From: an uncultured Acidimicrobiia bacterium
Lineage (GTDB): Bacteria; Acidobacteriota; Terriglobia; Versatilivoradales; Versatilivoraceae
DNA length: 64,000 bases
Direction of reading: 5' to 3'
Assembly (NCBI GenBank): GCA_963786955.1
Contig: CAWBAT010000005.1
Location: 1,440,001-1,504,000 of the forward strand
Within the stretch, counting starts at the first letter, position 1. The number at the start of each line of letters is the position of its first letter. Made by a program: the position numbers and the translations under genes. This document shows, in pieces, positions 18,710-28,156 of this stretch. Below the pieces are notes generated by a model. That model made no database searches, was not told the DNA's origin, and saw nothing but the letters and a program-made list of their open reading frames with translations.

Positions 18710-20986
18710 ATGTCAAAGCGGTTCGTGAACATGTTTCTGTTCTCACTTCTTGTAGTTGCCCTGAATGGAGTCTCAGCAGGGCCGGTCGAAGAGAGGCTTT
18801 TGGGCTTTGAAGCTGAAAGTTCTAAACGACAAATCGCCTTGGAAGAGCGCTTTGATTCGCTATTGGACGGGAAGAATCTTCGGCTCTGGATGGAAAGGAT
18901 GACAGCAAAACCACATCATCTCGGTTCACCCTTTGGCAAGGAAGTGGCTGAATTCATTGCTGGCCAGTTTCGCTCCTGGGGTTATGAGACCGAAATTGAA
19001 AAATTTGACGTCCTCTTCCCGACCCCCAAGCAACGCTTGCTGGAAATGACGGCGCCCGAGCATTTTGTCGCCTCATTGGATGAACCTGCCCTGAAGGAAG
19101 ACCGGACCTCTGGTGTAACCGGAAACAGACTTCCGCCGTACAACGCCTATTCCATCGATGGGGATGTAACGGGCCTGCTTGTATACGCGAACTATGGACT
19201 CCCCAAAGACTATGAATATTTGGAGTCGAAAGGAATTAACGTCAAAGGCAAGATCATCATCGTGCGCTACGGTGGTTCCTGGCGTGGAATTAAGCCGAAG
19301 GTTGCTGCCGAACACGGAGCCATTGGATGCATCATTTATTCGGACCCGCGAGACGACGGGTATTTTCAAGGCGATGATTATCCGAAAGGTTCATGGAGAA
19401 ACGAGCGGGGGGCGCAACGAGGCTCGGTACTCGACATGCCCGTCTATCCGGGAGATCCATTGACTCCCGGTGCATCCGCGACGGCCGCTGCGAAGCGCCT
19501 TCCAGTAAGAGAAGCCAAAACACTGACCCAGATCCCGGTGCTGCCGATTTCCTACGGTGATGCCGTGCCACTGCTTCGATCCCTCGGGGGCCGGGTGGTG
19601 CCTGAAGACTGGCGTGGGACGTTGCCGCTCACTTACCATATCGGCCCGGGTCCCGCAACGGTGCATCTGAAGCTGGAGTTCAGCTGGGACCTGGCGACGA
19701 CCCATAATGTGATTGCCCGAATCCGTGGGGCCGAAAGGCCCGACCAATGGGTGATTCGCGGAAACCATCATGATGCCTGGGTATTTGGCGCCTATGACCC
19801 TGTCAGCGGGCTCGTCTCTTTGATGGAAGAGGCTCGCGCAGTGGCTGCCCTGAAAAAGTCCGGCTGGAGGCTCAAGCGCACAATTATTTATTGCGCCTGG
19901 GACGGGGAAGAACCGGGATTGATAGGGTCGACGGAGTGGGTGGAAGACCATGAAGAAGAGTTGTCAAAGAAGGCGGTCGTGTATGTGAACTCAGACTCCA
20001 ACGGGGCAGGGTTTTTGGCGATGGGAGGGACTCCAAGCCTGGAGAAGTTCATGAATCAGGCCGCCCGGTCCGTAATGGACCCTCAAAAAGCGGTTTCAGT
20101 TCTCGAACGCGCCAGGGCTTTTGCGATTGTCAAGGGTGATGCAGAGACGCGGCAAATGGCCCGCCAGAAGCAGGACTTGCCGCTAACGGCGCTCGGATCG
20201 GGGTCCGACTATACCCCGTTTCTGCAGCATCTCGGAATTCCTGCACTGAACCTGTTGTTCTTTGGTGAGGAAGGGGGCGGATCGTACCACTCGATTTACG
20301 ACTCTTTTGATTACTACACTCGGTTTGTCGATCCAGATTTCGAGTACGGCGTCACCCTAGCAAAAACCGCAGGGCGTGCGATTCTCCGCTTTGCCAACGC
20401 CGACGTCTTGCCCTATGAATTTCTTAGCCTCTCTGAAAAAGTGGATTCTTATCTAAAGGAATTAGTCAAACTTACGGAGAGTATTCGCGAGGCAAACGAA
20501 GAGAAAAAGCTTTTAATCACAGAGAAGAGCGTGGAAATCACCCTCCAGCCTAAAGAAATCTATATTCCACCTCAGGCTCTTTCTGAAGTCCCATACCTGA
20601 ATTTTTCTCCTCTGCAGAATGCGGCGGCCAACTTAAAAACAAGTGCCCTCGGTTATCACGAAGCTCTGAAAGCCTTTGGGACTTCGGGTGTCGGATTGCC
20701 CGAGCGGACTCAAGAGACCCTAAACCAAATCCTCATAGGCGCAGAAAGAGCCCTCCTTCGAACAGAAGGGCTGCCCGGACACCCTTGGTTCCGCCACCAA
20801 CTTTACGCGCCAGGAAAATACACGGGATATGATGTCAAAACGATTCCAGGGGTGCGTGAAGCAATTGAACAGCGAAATTGGGAGGAAGCCAATCGCGAGA
20901 TCAAACTCGTCGCCAGAACCCTCGATGGACTTGTGACCGTGATTGAGCAGGCGTCGGCGGTTTTGAAGCCAGTGAAGGGCAAATAG
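18710..20986 (+). CDS. M28 metallopeptidase, glutamate carboxypeptidase II-like (PA plus TfR dimerisation domains), secreted
   Basis: Signal peptide, GNHHDAW, YDPVSG, WDGEEPG, GSGSDY, YHSIYD and WFRHQLYAPG. Confidence 0.92.
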   Translation: MSKRFVNMFLFSLLVVALNGVSAGPVEERLLGFEAESSKRQIALEERFDSLLDGKNLRLWMERMTAKPHHLGSPFGKEVAEFIAGQFRSWGYETEIEKFDVLFPTPKQRLLEMTAPEHFVASLDEPALKEDRTSGVTGNRLPPYNAYSIDGDVTGLLVYANYGLPKDYEYLESKGINVKGKIIIVRYGGSWRGIKPKVAAEHGAIGCIIYSDPRDDGYFQGDDYPKGSWRNERGAQRGSVLDMPVYPGDPLTPGASATAAAKRLPVREAKTLTQIPVLPISYGDAVPLLRSLGGRVVPEDWRGTLPLTYHIGPGPATVHLKLEFSWDLATTHNVIARIRGAERPDQWVIRGNHHDAWVFGAYDPVSGLVSLMEEARAVAALKKSGWRLKRTIIYCAWDGEEPGLIGSTEWVEDHEEELSKKAVVYVNSDSNGAGFLAMGGTPSLEKFMNQAARSVMDPQKAVSVLERARAFAIVKGDAETRQMARQKQDLPLTALGSGSDYTPFLQHLGIPALNLLFFGEEGGGSYHSIYDSFDYYTRFVDPDFEYGVTLAKTAGRAILRFANADVLPYEFLSLSEKVDSYLKELVKLTESIREANEEKKLLITEKSVEITLQPKEIYIPPQALSEVPYLNFSPLQNAAANLKTSALGYHEALKAFGTSGVGLPERTQETLNQILIGAERALLRTEGLPGHPWFRHQLYAPGKYTGYDVKTIPGVREAIEQRNWEEANREIKLVARTLDGLVTVIEQASAVLKPVKGK

Positions 20987-21017
20987 GCACGTATTCCGAA
21001 GTTGGGTAAACGTGTTA

Positions 21018-21076
21018 GGTGGAGCGGGCGCTCCCGCGCACGCTCAGAGAACACGCGGCGGAGCGCGCGTTCCACC
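21018..21076. repeat. REP/REPIN-like palindromic element, family A copy 2
   Basis: GGTGGAGCG...GCGCACGCTCAG.GAAC.CGCGGC.GAGCGCGCGTTCCACC, matching the reverse complement of 5021-5094. Confidence 0.7.
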
Positions 21077-21104
21077 CTAGAACAAGGACTTCTGAAACTT
21101 AGTA

Positions 21105-21881
21105 CTAGAGCCGGTTGATCAGACTTGCGACAAATCCAGCTCCGAAACCATTGTCGATGTTGACGACGGTGACATTGGAAGCGCAACTGTTCAACATTCC
21201 CAGGAGCGCAGCGATGCCCTGGAAACTGGCTCCGTAACCAATGCTGGTAGGGACCGCAATGACCGGGACAGAAACCAGCCCGCCGACAACGCTCGGTAAG
21301 GCGCCTTCCATTCCCGCGACCACAATAATGACCCTGGCCTGCGTCAACCGTTCCCGTTCGCTGAGAAGCCGATGGATTCCGGCAACACCCACATCCACAA
21401 GGCATTCCACCTGGTTCCCCATTGCCTCTGCGGTCACCTGGGCTTCTTTCGCCACCGGGATGTCCGCCGTTCCGGCACAGGCGACCAGGATTTTCCCTTT
21501 TCCATATTCGGTCTTGTCGCGCTGAACCAAAATAGTTCCTGGGTCCGGAAAGAATTTGGCCTTAGAATCCATTTTCTTGATCTCCCGAAAAACAGTTTGA
21601 TCGGTACGGGTGATCAACAAGTTTTGTTTATTGACTAGCATCCGCTTGGCAATGGCTTTGATTTGAGCTACCGTCTTCCCGCGCCCAAAAATGACTTCCG
21701 GAAAACCTTGCCTCAGTGCTCGGTGATGATCGATCCTGGCGAATCCGATGTCTTCATAGGGCAGTTGCTTTAGACGAGAAACCCCATCGTCGACGGAATA
21801 CGTGCCGTTCTTGACGTCTCTGAGGATTTGGCGGATCTCGTTTTCGGTCATAGTCACCTCTTCAATTCTTGCTTCATCCAT
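21105..21881 (-). CDS. larB: Nickel-pincer cofactor biosynthesis protein LarB (PurE-like)
   Basis: [43 protein letters not shown] and NIDNGFGA. Confidence 0.92.
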   Translation of the reverse strand: MDEARIEEVTMTENEIRQILRDVKNGTYSVDDGVSRLKQLPYEDIGFARIDHHRALRQGFPEVIFGRGKTVAQIKAIAKRMLVNKQNLLITRTDQTVFREIKKMDSKAKFFPDPGTILVQRDKTEYGKGKILVACAGTADIPVAKEAQVTAEAMGNQVECLVDVGVAGIHRLLSERERLTQARVIIVVAGMEGALPSVVGGLVSVPVIAVPTSIGYGASFQGIAALLGMLNSCASNVTVVNIDNGFGAGFVASLINRL

Positions 21882-21961
21882 CTCAGTTGTCTAGCCAATT
21901 TGATGCACAGACTGTCAGTTAACGACATTTTGTTATAGTATTTCAAGCTTCCTGTAAGTAT

Positions 21962-22594
21962 TTGACCCGCGAGGACTCAAAACCTTTGGAAATTACAATC
22001 GCAATCACCGGTGCCAGCGGCGCCATTTATCCTGTTCGCCTTTTGAAACATTTGTCTGCTGAGCCCCAGATCAGCGGTATCTATGTCGTTGCTTCCGCGG
22101 CTGGACTTCGAGTCATGCATGAAGAGTTGAACATGGGTCCAGTTAGCCTGAAGTCGCTGGCCGAAAAGGTCACCGACGGCAATAGTCAAAAAATTACGGT
22201 TCTCAACAACAACGATATTGGAGCCAGGATCGCGAGTGGGTCTTACCCGGTTGATGCGATGGTCATCATCCCTTGCAGCATGGGCACTCTCGGCAGTATT
22301 GCCCACGGGATATCGCGGGATTTGATTCAAAGAGCTGCGGATGTGATTCTCAAGGAGCGGAGGAAACTATTACTCATAACGCGTGATACTCCGCTTAATT
22401 TGATTCATCTAGAGAATATGAAGATGCTGACCCTGGCAGGAGGGATTGTATTTCCGGCTGTTCCTTCGTTTTACCATCGGCCGGTTTCACTGGAGGAGGC
22501 TGTGGATCAATTCCTGTATCGGGTCATGCAACACTTGGGTTTGAATCCGAGTAATGCTTACCGTTGGGAAGGCAGCGGAGACCGGCCGGAATGA
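21962..22594 (+). CDS. ubiX: Flavin prenyltransferase UbiX
   Basis: ITGASGA, IASGS, PCSMGTL, RAADVILKERR, PSFYHRP and C-terminal RW. Confidence 0.93.
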   Translation: MTREDSKPLEITIAITGASGAIYPVRLLKHLSAEPQISGIYVVASAAGLRVMHEELNMGPVSLKSLAEKVTDGNSQKITVLNNNDIGARIASGSYPVDAMVIIPCSMGTLGSIAHGISRDLIQRAADVILKERRKLLLITRDTPLNLIHLENMKMLTLAGGIVFPAVPSFYHRPVSLEEAVDQFLYRVMQHLGLNPSNAYRWEGSGDRPE

Positions 22595-22711
22595 AACCAT
22601 TCTTTTCTGAAACCCGGAAGAATAAGGTTGGGCGTGTGATTCGCGTGTGCCGTTCTTCCGCTCTCCTGAACTTCACTTCTGACGTTCCCGTCTCAATAAA
22701 TTAGTTGATCT

Positions 22712-23575
22712 ATGTCCACACACTTCTTCAAACACCTCAAGATTACGTTAGAGATGATCAAGTTTGAGCACACGGTTTTCGCATTACCGTTTGCCCTGTT
22801 GAGCGCCATTCTGGCTTCCAATGGCTGGCCGCATGGTTCGAAGCTGTTGTGGATCCTCGCAGCCATGATCGGTGCACGCAGCGCGGCGATGACCTTTAAT
22901 CGAATTGCGGACTGGCCTATTGACGCTGCCAACCCTCGCACCCGAATGCGAGCCCTGCCTGCCGGGCTTTTAAGCCGTAGTTTTGCAGTCCTTTTCACAT
23001 TGGCGTCAAGTCTTCTTTTCATCCTGGCGGCTTCCCAACTCAACCGATTGTGTCTGTGGCTGGCATTCCCCGTGTTATTTATCCTCCTTTTCTATTCTTA
23101 TACAAAACGCTTTACCAGCTACTCTCACATTGTTCTAGGAATTTGCCTCGGAATGGCTCCCCTTGGAGCCTGGATTGCCATCCGAGGAGATGTGGGCCTG
23201 CCCTCTATCTTGCTTTGTGTGATCGTGACTCTCTGGACCGCAGGTTTCGATATCATCTATTCCTGCCAGGATACTGAATTCGACCGAGCGCGAAGTTTGT
23301 TCTCTATCCCCAAGCGATTTGGAGTCAAAGCCGCACTCAGAATTTCGACAGGCCTCCATTTGTTGATGCTTCTTTTCTTGCTTGTACTCTTACGGATCGA
23401 GAAATTGGGCTGGATCAGCCTGCTGGGAACTGCAGTGGTTGCGGGACTCTTGTACTACGAACACAGTCTCGTCCGTCCCAATGACCTCTCCAGAGTGAAT
23501 GCCGCATTCTTTACAGTGAATGGATACATTAGCATCCTGCTTTTGATCGCAATAGGATTAGATAAATTGATCTAG
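22712..23575 (+). CDS. UbiA-family polyprenyltransferase (MqnP-like, futalosine menaquinone pathway)
   Basis: IKFEHTVFALPF, ARSAAMTFNRIAD, NPRT, YSYTKRF, GFDIIYSCQD and AFFTVNG. Confidence 0.9.
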   Translation: MSTHFFKHLKITLEMIKFEHTVFALPFALLSAILASNGWPHGSKLLWILAAMIGARSAAMTFNRIADWPIDAANPRTRMRALPAGLLSRSFAVLFTLASSLLFILAASQLNRLCLWLAFPVLFILLFYSYTKRFTSYSHIVLGICLGMAPLGAWIAIRGDVGLPSILLCVIVTLWTAGFDIIYSCQDTEFDRARSLFSIPKRFGVKAALRISTGLHLLMLLFLLVLLRIEKLGWISLLGTAVVAGLLYYEHSLVRPNDLSRVNAAFFTVNGYISILLLIAIGLDKLI

Positions 23576-23596
23576 TACTCAGCTGCGAAGTCCATT

Positions 23597-23833
23597 GCCC
23601 TGAAGGGGCAAGAGAAAGTAGCCCAGGGCAGAGTGGAGGGCGAAGCCCGGAGCGGCGCCCTGGGTCACGGACCACCCACGAAAGGGCACCCTGGAGGGGT
23701 GCCACACGTCTCGTCCGGGTTGTCGCGCCCCTTCAGGGCGCCGATGATTCATTGGGACCGCAACCCAGGGCGACGCTGCGGGGCTTTGGCCCTTCGCTCT
23801 GCCCTGGGCTAGATTGTGGCGGCCCTTCAGGCC
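23597..23833. repeat. About 240-bp palindromic MITE/REPIN-like element
   Basis: GCCCTGAAGGGGC (23597) pairs with GCCCCTTCAGGGC (23727) and GGCCCTTCAGGCC (23821). TAGCCCAGGGCAGAG and CTCTGCCCTGGGCTA form inverted arms. Confidence 0.8.
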
Positions 23834-23944
23834 GCTGGATGTCTGAAGGACTGCTTATGACCGCTTCGTAAACTTATTTTCAAATGACGAAACGAAACGA
23901 TAGTGTCGCCAATATAAACTTGGAAGCCCGAGCCGTTACTGAAT

Positions 23945-24056
23945 CCGGGGTGCCAAATAATGTCCAATCTTGAGCCCATGGGCAACGACCAATGCTGTCC
24001 AAATTGCGAAAGCTGAAAAGCTAATTTGGGCAAGCATGGTCAGCGACCCCGGCTAC
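23945..24056. repeat. Long hairpin ending in a GTAG-type REP-like end
   Basis: GACCAATGCTGTCCAAATT pairs with AATTTGGGCAAGCATGGTC, and CCGGGGT with ACCCCGG. The right end reads GTAGCCGGGGTCGCTGACC on the minus strand. Confidence 0.5.
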
Positions 24057-24132
24057 AACAATTACCACGAATTTGTGCAACTTATTACTACGCGAACAAC
24101 ACTTTAGATTTAATTTGTAAAAGGCGATACGT

Positions 24133-25842
24133 ATGAAATTTTTCCTTTTGTGTAGTCTGTGTTTACTTTTCGCGACTTGGGCGGAAACTGGGGAGAAGCC
24201 AAGGCAGCACGCCAGGTCCATGGTGATCAGCAAATTTGGTATTGTCGCGACCAGCCAATCTCTTGCCTCCGCCGCTGGAGCGGGCATTTTGGAGCAGGGT
24301 GGCAACGCGATAGATGCTGCGATTGCAGCCAATGCGGTTTTGGGTGTCGTCGAGCCCGGCAGTAATGGGATTGGGGGGGATTTGTTTGCGATCGTCTACG
24401 AGGCCAAGTCAGGCCAGCTTTACGGCCTCAATGCAAGTGGCTGGGCGCCCTCGGGATTGACCATCGATTTTCTAGAAGCTCGCGGAATCCATAGTATGCC
24501 CCAGAAAGGAATCGACTCTGTCACCGTTCCCGGGTGCGTTGCGGGGTGGGAAGCATTGCATCGGAAGTTTGGGAGAATGAATTTCTCGAAACTTTTTTCT
24601 CCCGCTATTTATTACGGCAATAACGGTTTTCCAGTCACTGAAATAATCTCTGCCAGTTGGCAGCAGTCGGTCGATTTTCTCTCTTCCTATCCAAATGCTC
24701 GGGATACATTCCTGCTCGGAGGCAGAGCGCCCAATGTTGGAGAAGTTTTCAGGAATCGCGATTTGGCTTGTACCTTGCAAAAGATTGCCGAACAGGGCCG
24801 GAATGGCTTTTACAAGGGAAGTACTGCCGAATCGATTCTCCAAATCTCGAAGGAATATAGTGGAACTTTCAAGCTTTCGGACTTAACGGAGTTTGAACCT
24901 GAATGGGTCGAACCTATCTCGACAACATATCGAGGCTGGACCGTCTATGAGCTTCCCCCCAACGGTCAGGGCATTGCCGCACTGATGATGTTGAACCTGA
25001 TGGAGCGGTTTCCCTTGGAGGAGTACGGTCATAATAGTGCCAAAGCACTACATATTATGATCGAAGCCAAGAAGCTTGCCTACGCTGACATGCTCCGGAA
25101 TGTGGGGGATCCCCGATTTTCGGAGCTGCCGGTTAAAACCCTGCTTTCCAAAAGTTTTGCCGAGCAGCGAGCACGCTTGATTCTGAGCGAAAAGGCAAGC
25201 TGCCTCGTCCCTCCGGCAGAGTTAACCGAGATCAGCCATTCATATGGCGGGGATACCATTTACATGTCTGCGGTTGATCGTGAAGGAAATATTGTGTCTT
25301 TGATCCAGAGCAATTATGCGGGGTTCGGTTCGGGACTGGTACCACCAAGAATGGGTTTCATGCTTCAGAATCGAGGTGCTCTATTTACTTTAGATCGCGG
25401 GAAACCGAATTCGCTCGAACCGCGTAAACGCCCACTGCATACAATTATCCCTGCGTTTATGGAAAAAGAGGGTGTTCGCATTGGCTTTGGTATCATGGGT
25501 GGATGGAACCAGTCCCAGGCCCATGCTCAATTTGTTTCCAATGTGGTCGACTTCAAGATGAATGTCCAGGAAGCCTTGGAAACGGCCCGCTTCACCAAAC
25601 CGACTTTTGAGGGATGCGATGTTCTGGTGGAGGATCGTGTGCCCGAAAATGTGAGAGCCACTTTACTTCGATGGGGGCATGAGCTGCGGGCGCTCGGTCC
25701 GTATTCCGGATCAATGGGTGGAGGACAGGCGATCATGCGCGACCGGGTAGGCATCAATTATGGTGGGTCTGACCCCCGTAAAGACGGTTCCGCTGTACCG
25801 GAAAACCCTCCTTGGGATCGAACGGGTAAGAATCTGAAATAG
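24133..25842 (+). CDS. ggt: Gamma-glutamyltransferase, secreted
   Basis: GGNAIDAAIA, GIGGDLF, ELPPNGQG, autocleavage Thr in GGDTIY, KRPLHTIIP and GSDPRKDG. Confidence 0.95.
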   Translation: MKFFLLCSLCLLFATWAETGEKPRQHARSMVISKFGIVATSQSLASAAGAGILEQGGNAIDAAIAANAVLGVVEPGSNGIGGDLFAIVYEAKSGQLYGLNASGWAPSGLTIDFLEARGIHSMPQKGIDSVTVPGCVAGWEALHRKFGRMNFSKLFSPAIYYGNNGFPVTEIISASWQQSVDFLSSYPNARDTFLLGGRAPNVGEVFRNRDLACTLQKIAEQGRNGFYKGSTAESILQISKEYSGTFKLSDLTEFEPEWVEPISTTYRGWTVYELPPNGQGIAALMMLNLMERFPLEEYGHNSAKALHIMIEAKKLAYADMLRNVGDPRFSELPVKTLLSKSFAEQRARLILSEKASCLVPPAELTEISHSYGGDTIYMSAVDREGNIVSLIQSNYAGFGSGLVPPRMGFMLQNRGALFTLDRGKPNSLEPRKRPLHTIIPAFMEKEGVRIGFGIMGGWNQSQAHAQFVSNVVDFKMNVQEALETARFTKPTFEGCDVLVEDRVPENVRATLLRWGHELRALGPYSGSMGGGQAIMRDRVGINYGGSDPRKDGSAVPENPPWDRTGKNLK

Positions 25843-26004
25843 TCCCCTTTGCTCCTGACTTGACGAGATCATTATCCAGCTGATCAAAACTCACTTACAC
25901 AGTTTGGCAGAAGTTCATACACAAACGGCCAGTGTCTTGAATTTACCCACGAATCTGAAGAAGAACACGAACCTGTGCTAGCATAAGGCGGTGAGTGTAA
26001 CCCT

Positions 26005-26499
26005 ATGAATTCTGGTAACACCTTGGAAGATCAGGAGCGGGCCAAAGAATTGTGGGAAGAGGGAGTCACGGAGTTGATGTCCGGCGGGATCCATTCCGCC
26101 ATTGATTGCTTCAATCAAAGCATCCTCCACTATCCAACCGCCGAAGGCCATACATACCGGGGATGGGCTCTTTCGTTTCTCGGTATGCTCGATCAAGCTA
26201 TCCAGGATTGTAAGAAAGCAATAGAAATTGACCCGGATTTCGGTAATCCCTACAACGATATTGGTGTTTACTTGATGCAAATAGGGCTATTAGACGATGC
26301 CATCCCCTGGTTCGAAAAAGCCAAGAGGGCAGCTCGGTATGTTCCGAGACACTTTCCGTTTCTCAACCTGGCGTACATCTATATGGCCAAGGAAGATCAA
26401 AGCAAAGCATTAGATGAATATGTGCACGCGCTGGACCTCGATCCGGAGAACCCGGCAATACTGAAAGCCATCGCCAGTTTGGATTTAAAAGTGAACTGA
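26005..26499 (+). CDS. Tetratricopeptide repeat protein
   Basis: About 4 TPR motifs (AEGHTYRGW, AIEIDPDFGNPYNDIG, ALDLDPEN). Confidence 0.85.
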   Translation: MNSGNTLEDQERAKELWEEGVTELMSGGIHSAIDCFNQSILHYPTAEGHTYRGWALSFLGMLDQAIQDCKKAIEIDPDFGNPYNDIGVYLMQIGLLDDAIPWFEKAKRAARYVPRHFPFLNLAYIYMAKEDQSKALDEYVHALDLDPENPAILKAIASLDLKVN

Positions 26500-26618
26500 T
26501 TCTAATTGAGAGCCGCTCTCTACTCGAGAGATGAAATCCTTTTGCCAGGATTTCTCGCTGCAGGCATCCGATTGAAGGCCAGAGAAGCACCATTCGCTGT
26601 AGGCTTGGAACATTCTCC

Positions 26619-27716
26619 ATGACTGAGGCAAGCCAATCGACTGCCATTTCTACTTTTCAAGATAGTCGTTTCAACAAAATCACATTCGGAAATGGGAAGA
26701 AGGTCAATTTCCCGGTGATTTTTGCTCCGATGGCGGGCCTCTCACATGTCGCCTTTCGGCAGGTCATTCGGTCCTATCTCCCTCAAGATATCAGCCCAAT
26801 CCTGTTTACCGAAATGCTCTCCACCCGCCTTCTTCCCCAAGAAGACGTCGGCAAAACGCCGCAGACTCGAGTGGTCGACGGGGAAGCAGGCTTGATCCCT
26901 CAGATTATTGGAAATGATGCCGAGCTGATTGCGAAATCGTTAGAAAACCTAAAAACAATTAGCCCCGCCGGGATCGATATTAATATGGGCTGTCCCGTTA
27001 GCAAAGTCCTCAAGCACAACTGGGGTGTGGCCCTGATGGGGGACATCCGCTATGCCGAAGAAGTGGTTCGAATGACACGCCAGTTGACCTCTTTACCCTT
27101 GTCCGTGAAGATTCGAACCGGGCTTAAGGATGATCCGCTCTATTTGGTCGATTTTTCAAAGATGCTGGAAGAAGCGGGAGCCGATTGGATCACGCTTCAT
27201 CCGAGAATTCAGGGCCTCCATCGCAAGGGCTCAGCCAATTGGGAATATATAGGGCGAGTCCGGGAGGCTGTGAGAATCCCCGTAGTTGGCAATGGAGATG
27301 TTCAGGAGGCCAATGATATTCTACTGATGCAGCGGAAAACCCACTGCGATGGGGTCATGGTCGCCCGGGCTGCCACCGCACGCCCTTGGATTTTCTGGCA
27401 AGTAGGAGAATCTCTCGGACTCCCGCCTCCCATTGGGCGGGAAGGTGAAAAAGCTCCACGGACCTGTGAAGAGGAAGGCCTGGAGTTCCATCGAGCCTTG
27501 TTGGAATTTTGCGATCATTTGGAAACTCATTTTACCTTTGCCGAACAAATGCCGAGATTGAAACTCTTTCTTGCCTGGGGGCATAAATGGCTTTTCTTTG
27601 GACATTTCCTTTCCACTCAGGTGAATCGTTGCAAAGACATGCCCTCAGCCCGCCACGTGATCTCCCGATTCTTCGAAGAACCCAAGTTGTTACAAGCACG
27701 TACGTCGCTCCAATAG
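26619..27716 (+). CDS. tRNA-dihydrouridine synthase family protein
   Basis: FAPMAG, TEM, DINMGCP (catalytic Cys), SVKIR, TLHPR and VGNGDV. Confidence 0.9.
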   Translation: MTEASQSTAISTFQDSRFNKITFGNGKKVNFPVIFAPMAGLSHVAFRQVIRSYLPQDISPILFTEMLSTRLLPQEDVGKTPQTRVVDGEAGLIPQIIGNDAELIAKSLENLKTISPAGIDINMGCPVSKVLKHNWGVALMGDIRYAEEVVRMTRQLTSLPLSVKIRTGLKDDPLYLVDFSKMLEEAGADWITLHPRIQGLHRKGSANWEYIGRVREAVRIPVVGNGDVQEANDILLMQRKTHCDGVMVARAATARPWIFWQVGESLGLPPPIGREGEKAPRTCEEEGLEFHRALLEFCDHLETHFTFAEQMPRLKLFLAWGHKWLFFGHFLSTQVNRCKDMPSARHVISRFFEEPKLLQARTSLQ

Positions 27717-28156
27717 TAGCTCAGTGAGACCCTGTTGAGTCTGGAGACAGAGATGAATGAGTACGACACGCCGCCCTTCATCTATGGTGGTGGGATCCCT
27801 TGTCTCTGGCATATCGAAATCGATTTGGGTTGAAAAAAGGGCTGGCCCATTGTATTTTTCCAAGGGGGTTTTGTCTTCCGTCACTGAGAAGTCGTGACGT
27901 TATCGGTTCTGGATGGCTCAACAATGGGTTCCCCCCCGAAGACACATCTAATGAAAGAGCGAAATTCTTCCGAATTTTTGGATTGGGCTTTTATTGACTT
28001 ATTTTAAAGGTCTGTTAGATAGAATTGGAACGGGTAACTCGACAAGTAGATCTAGGATTCATTATTATTATCATTTTGGTTATCAACTAGTTGGCGGGGA
28101 AAGGAATTAGGTTTTGAATTGCATTCGCTGACCCCTTTGGAGAGCGTAAAAATCTT

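Noticed and set aside
23880-24056. tmRNA-like appearance (TGCCAAATAA... plus hairpins)
   Set aside because: No tRNA-like acceptor or T-arm ends and no Ala-Ala-stop tag frame.
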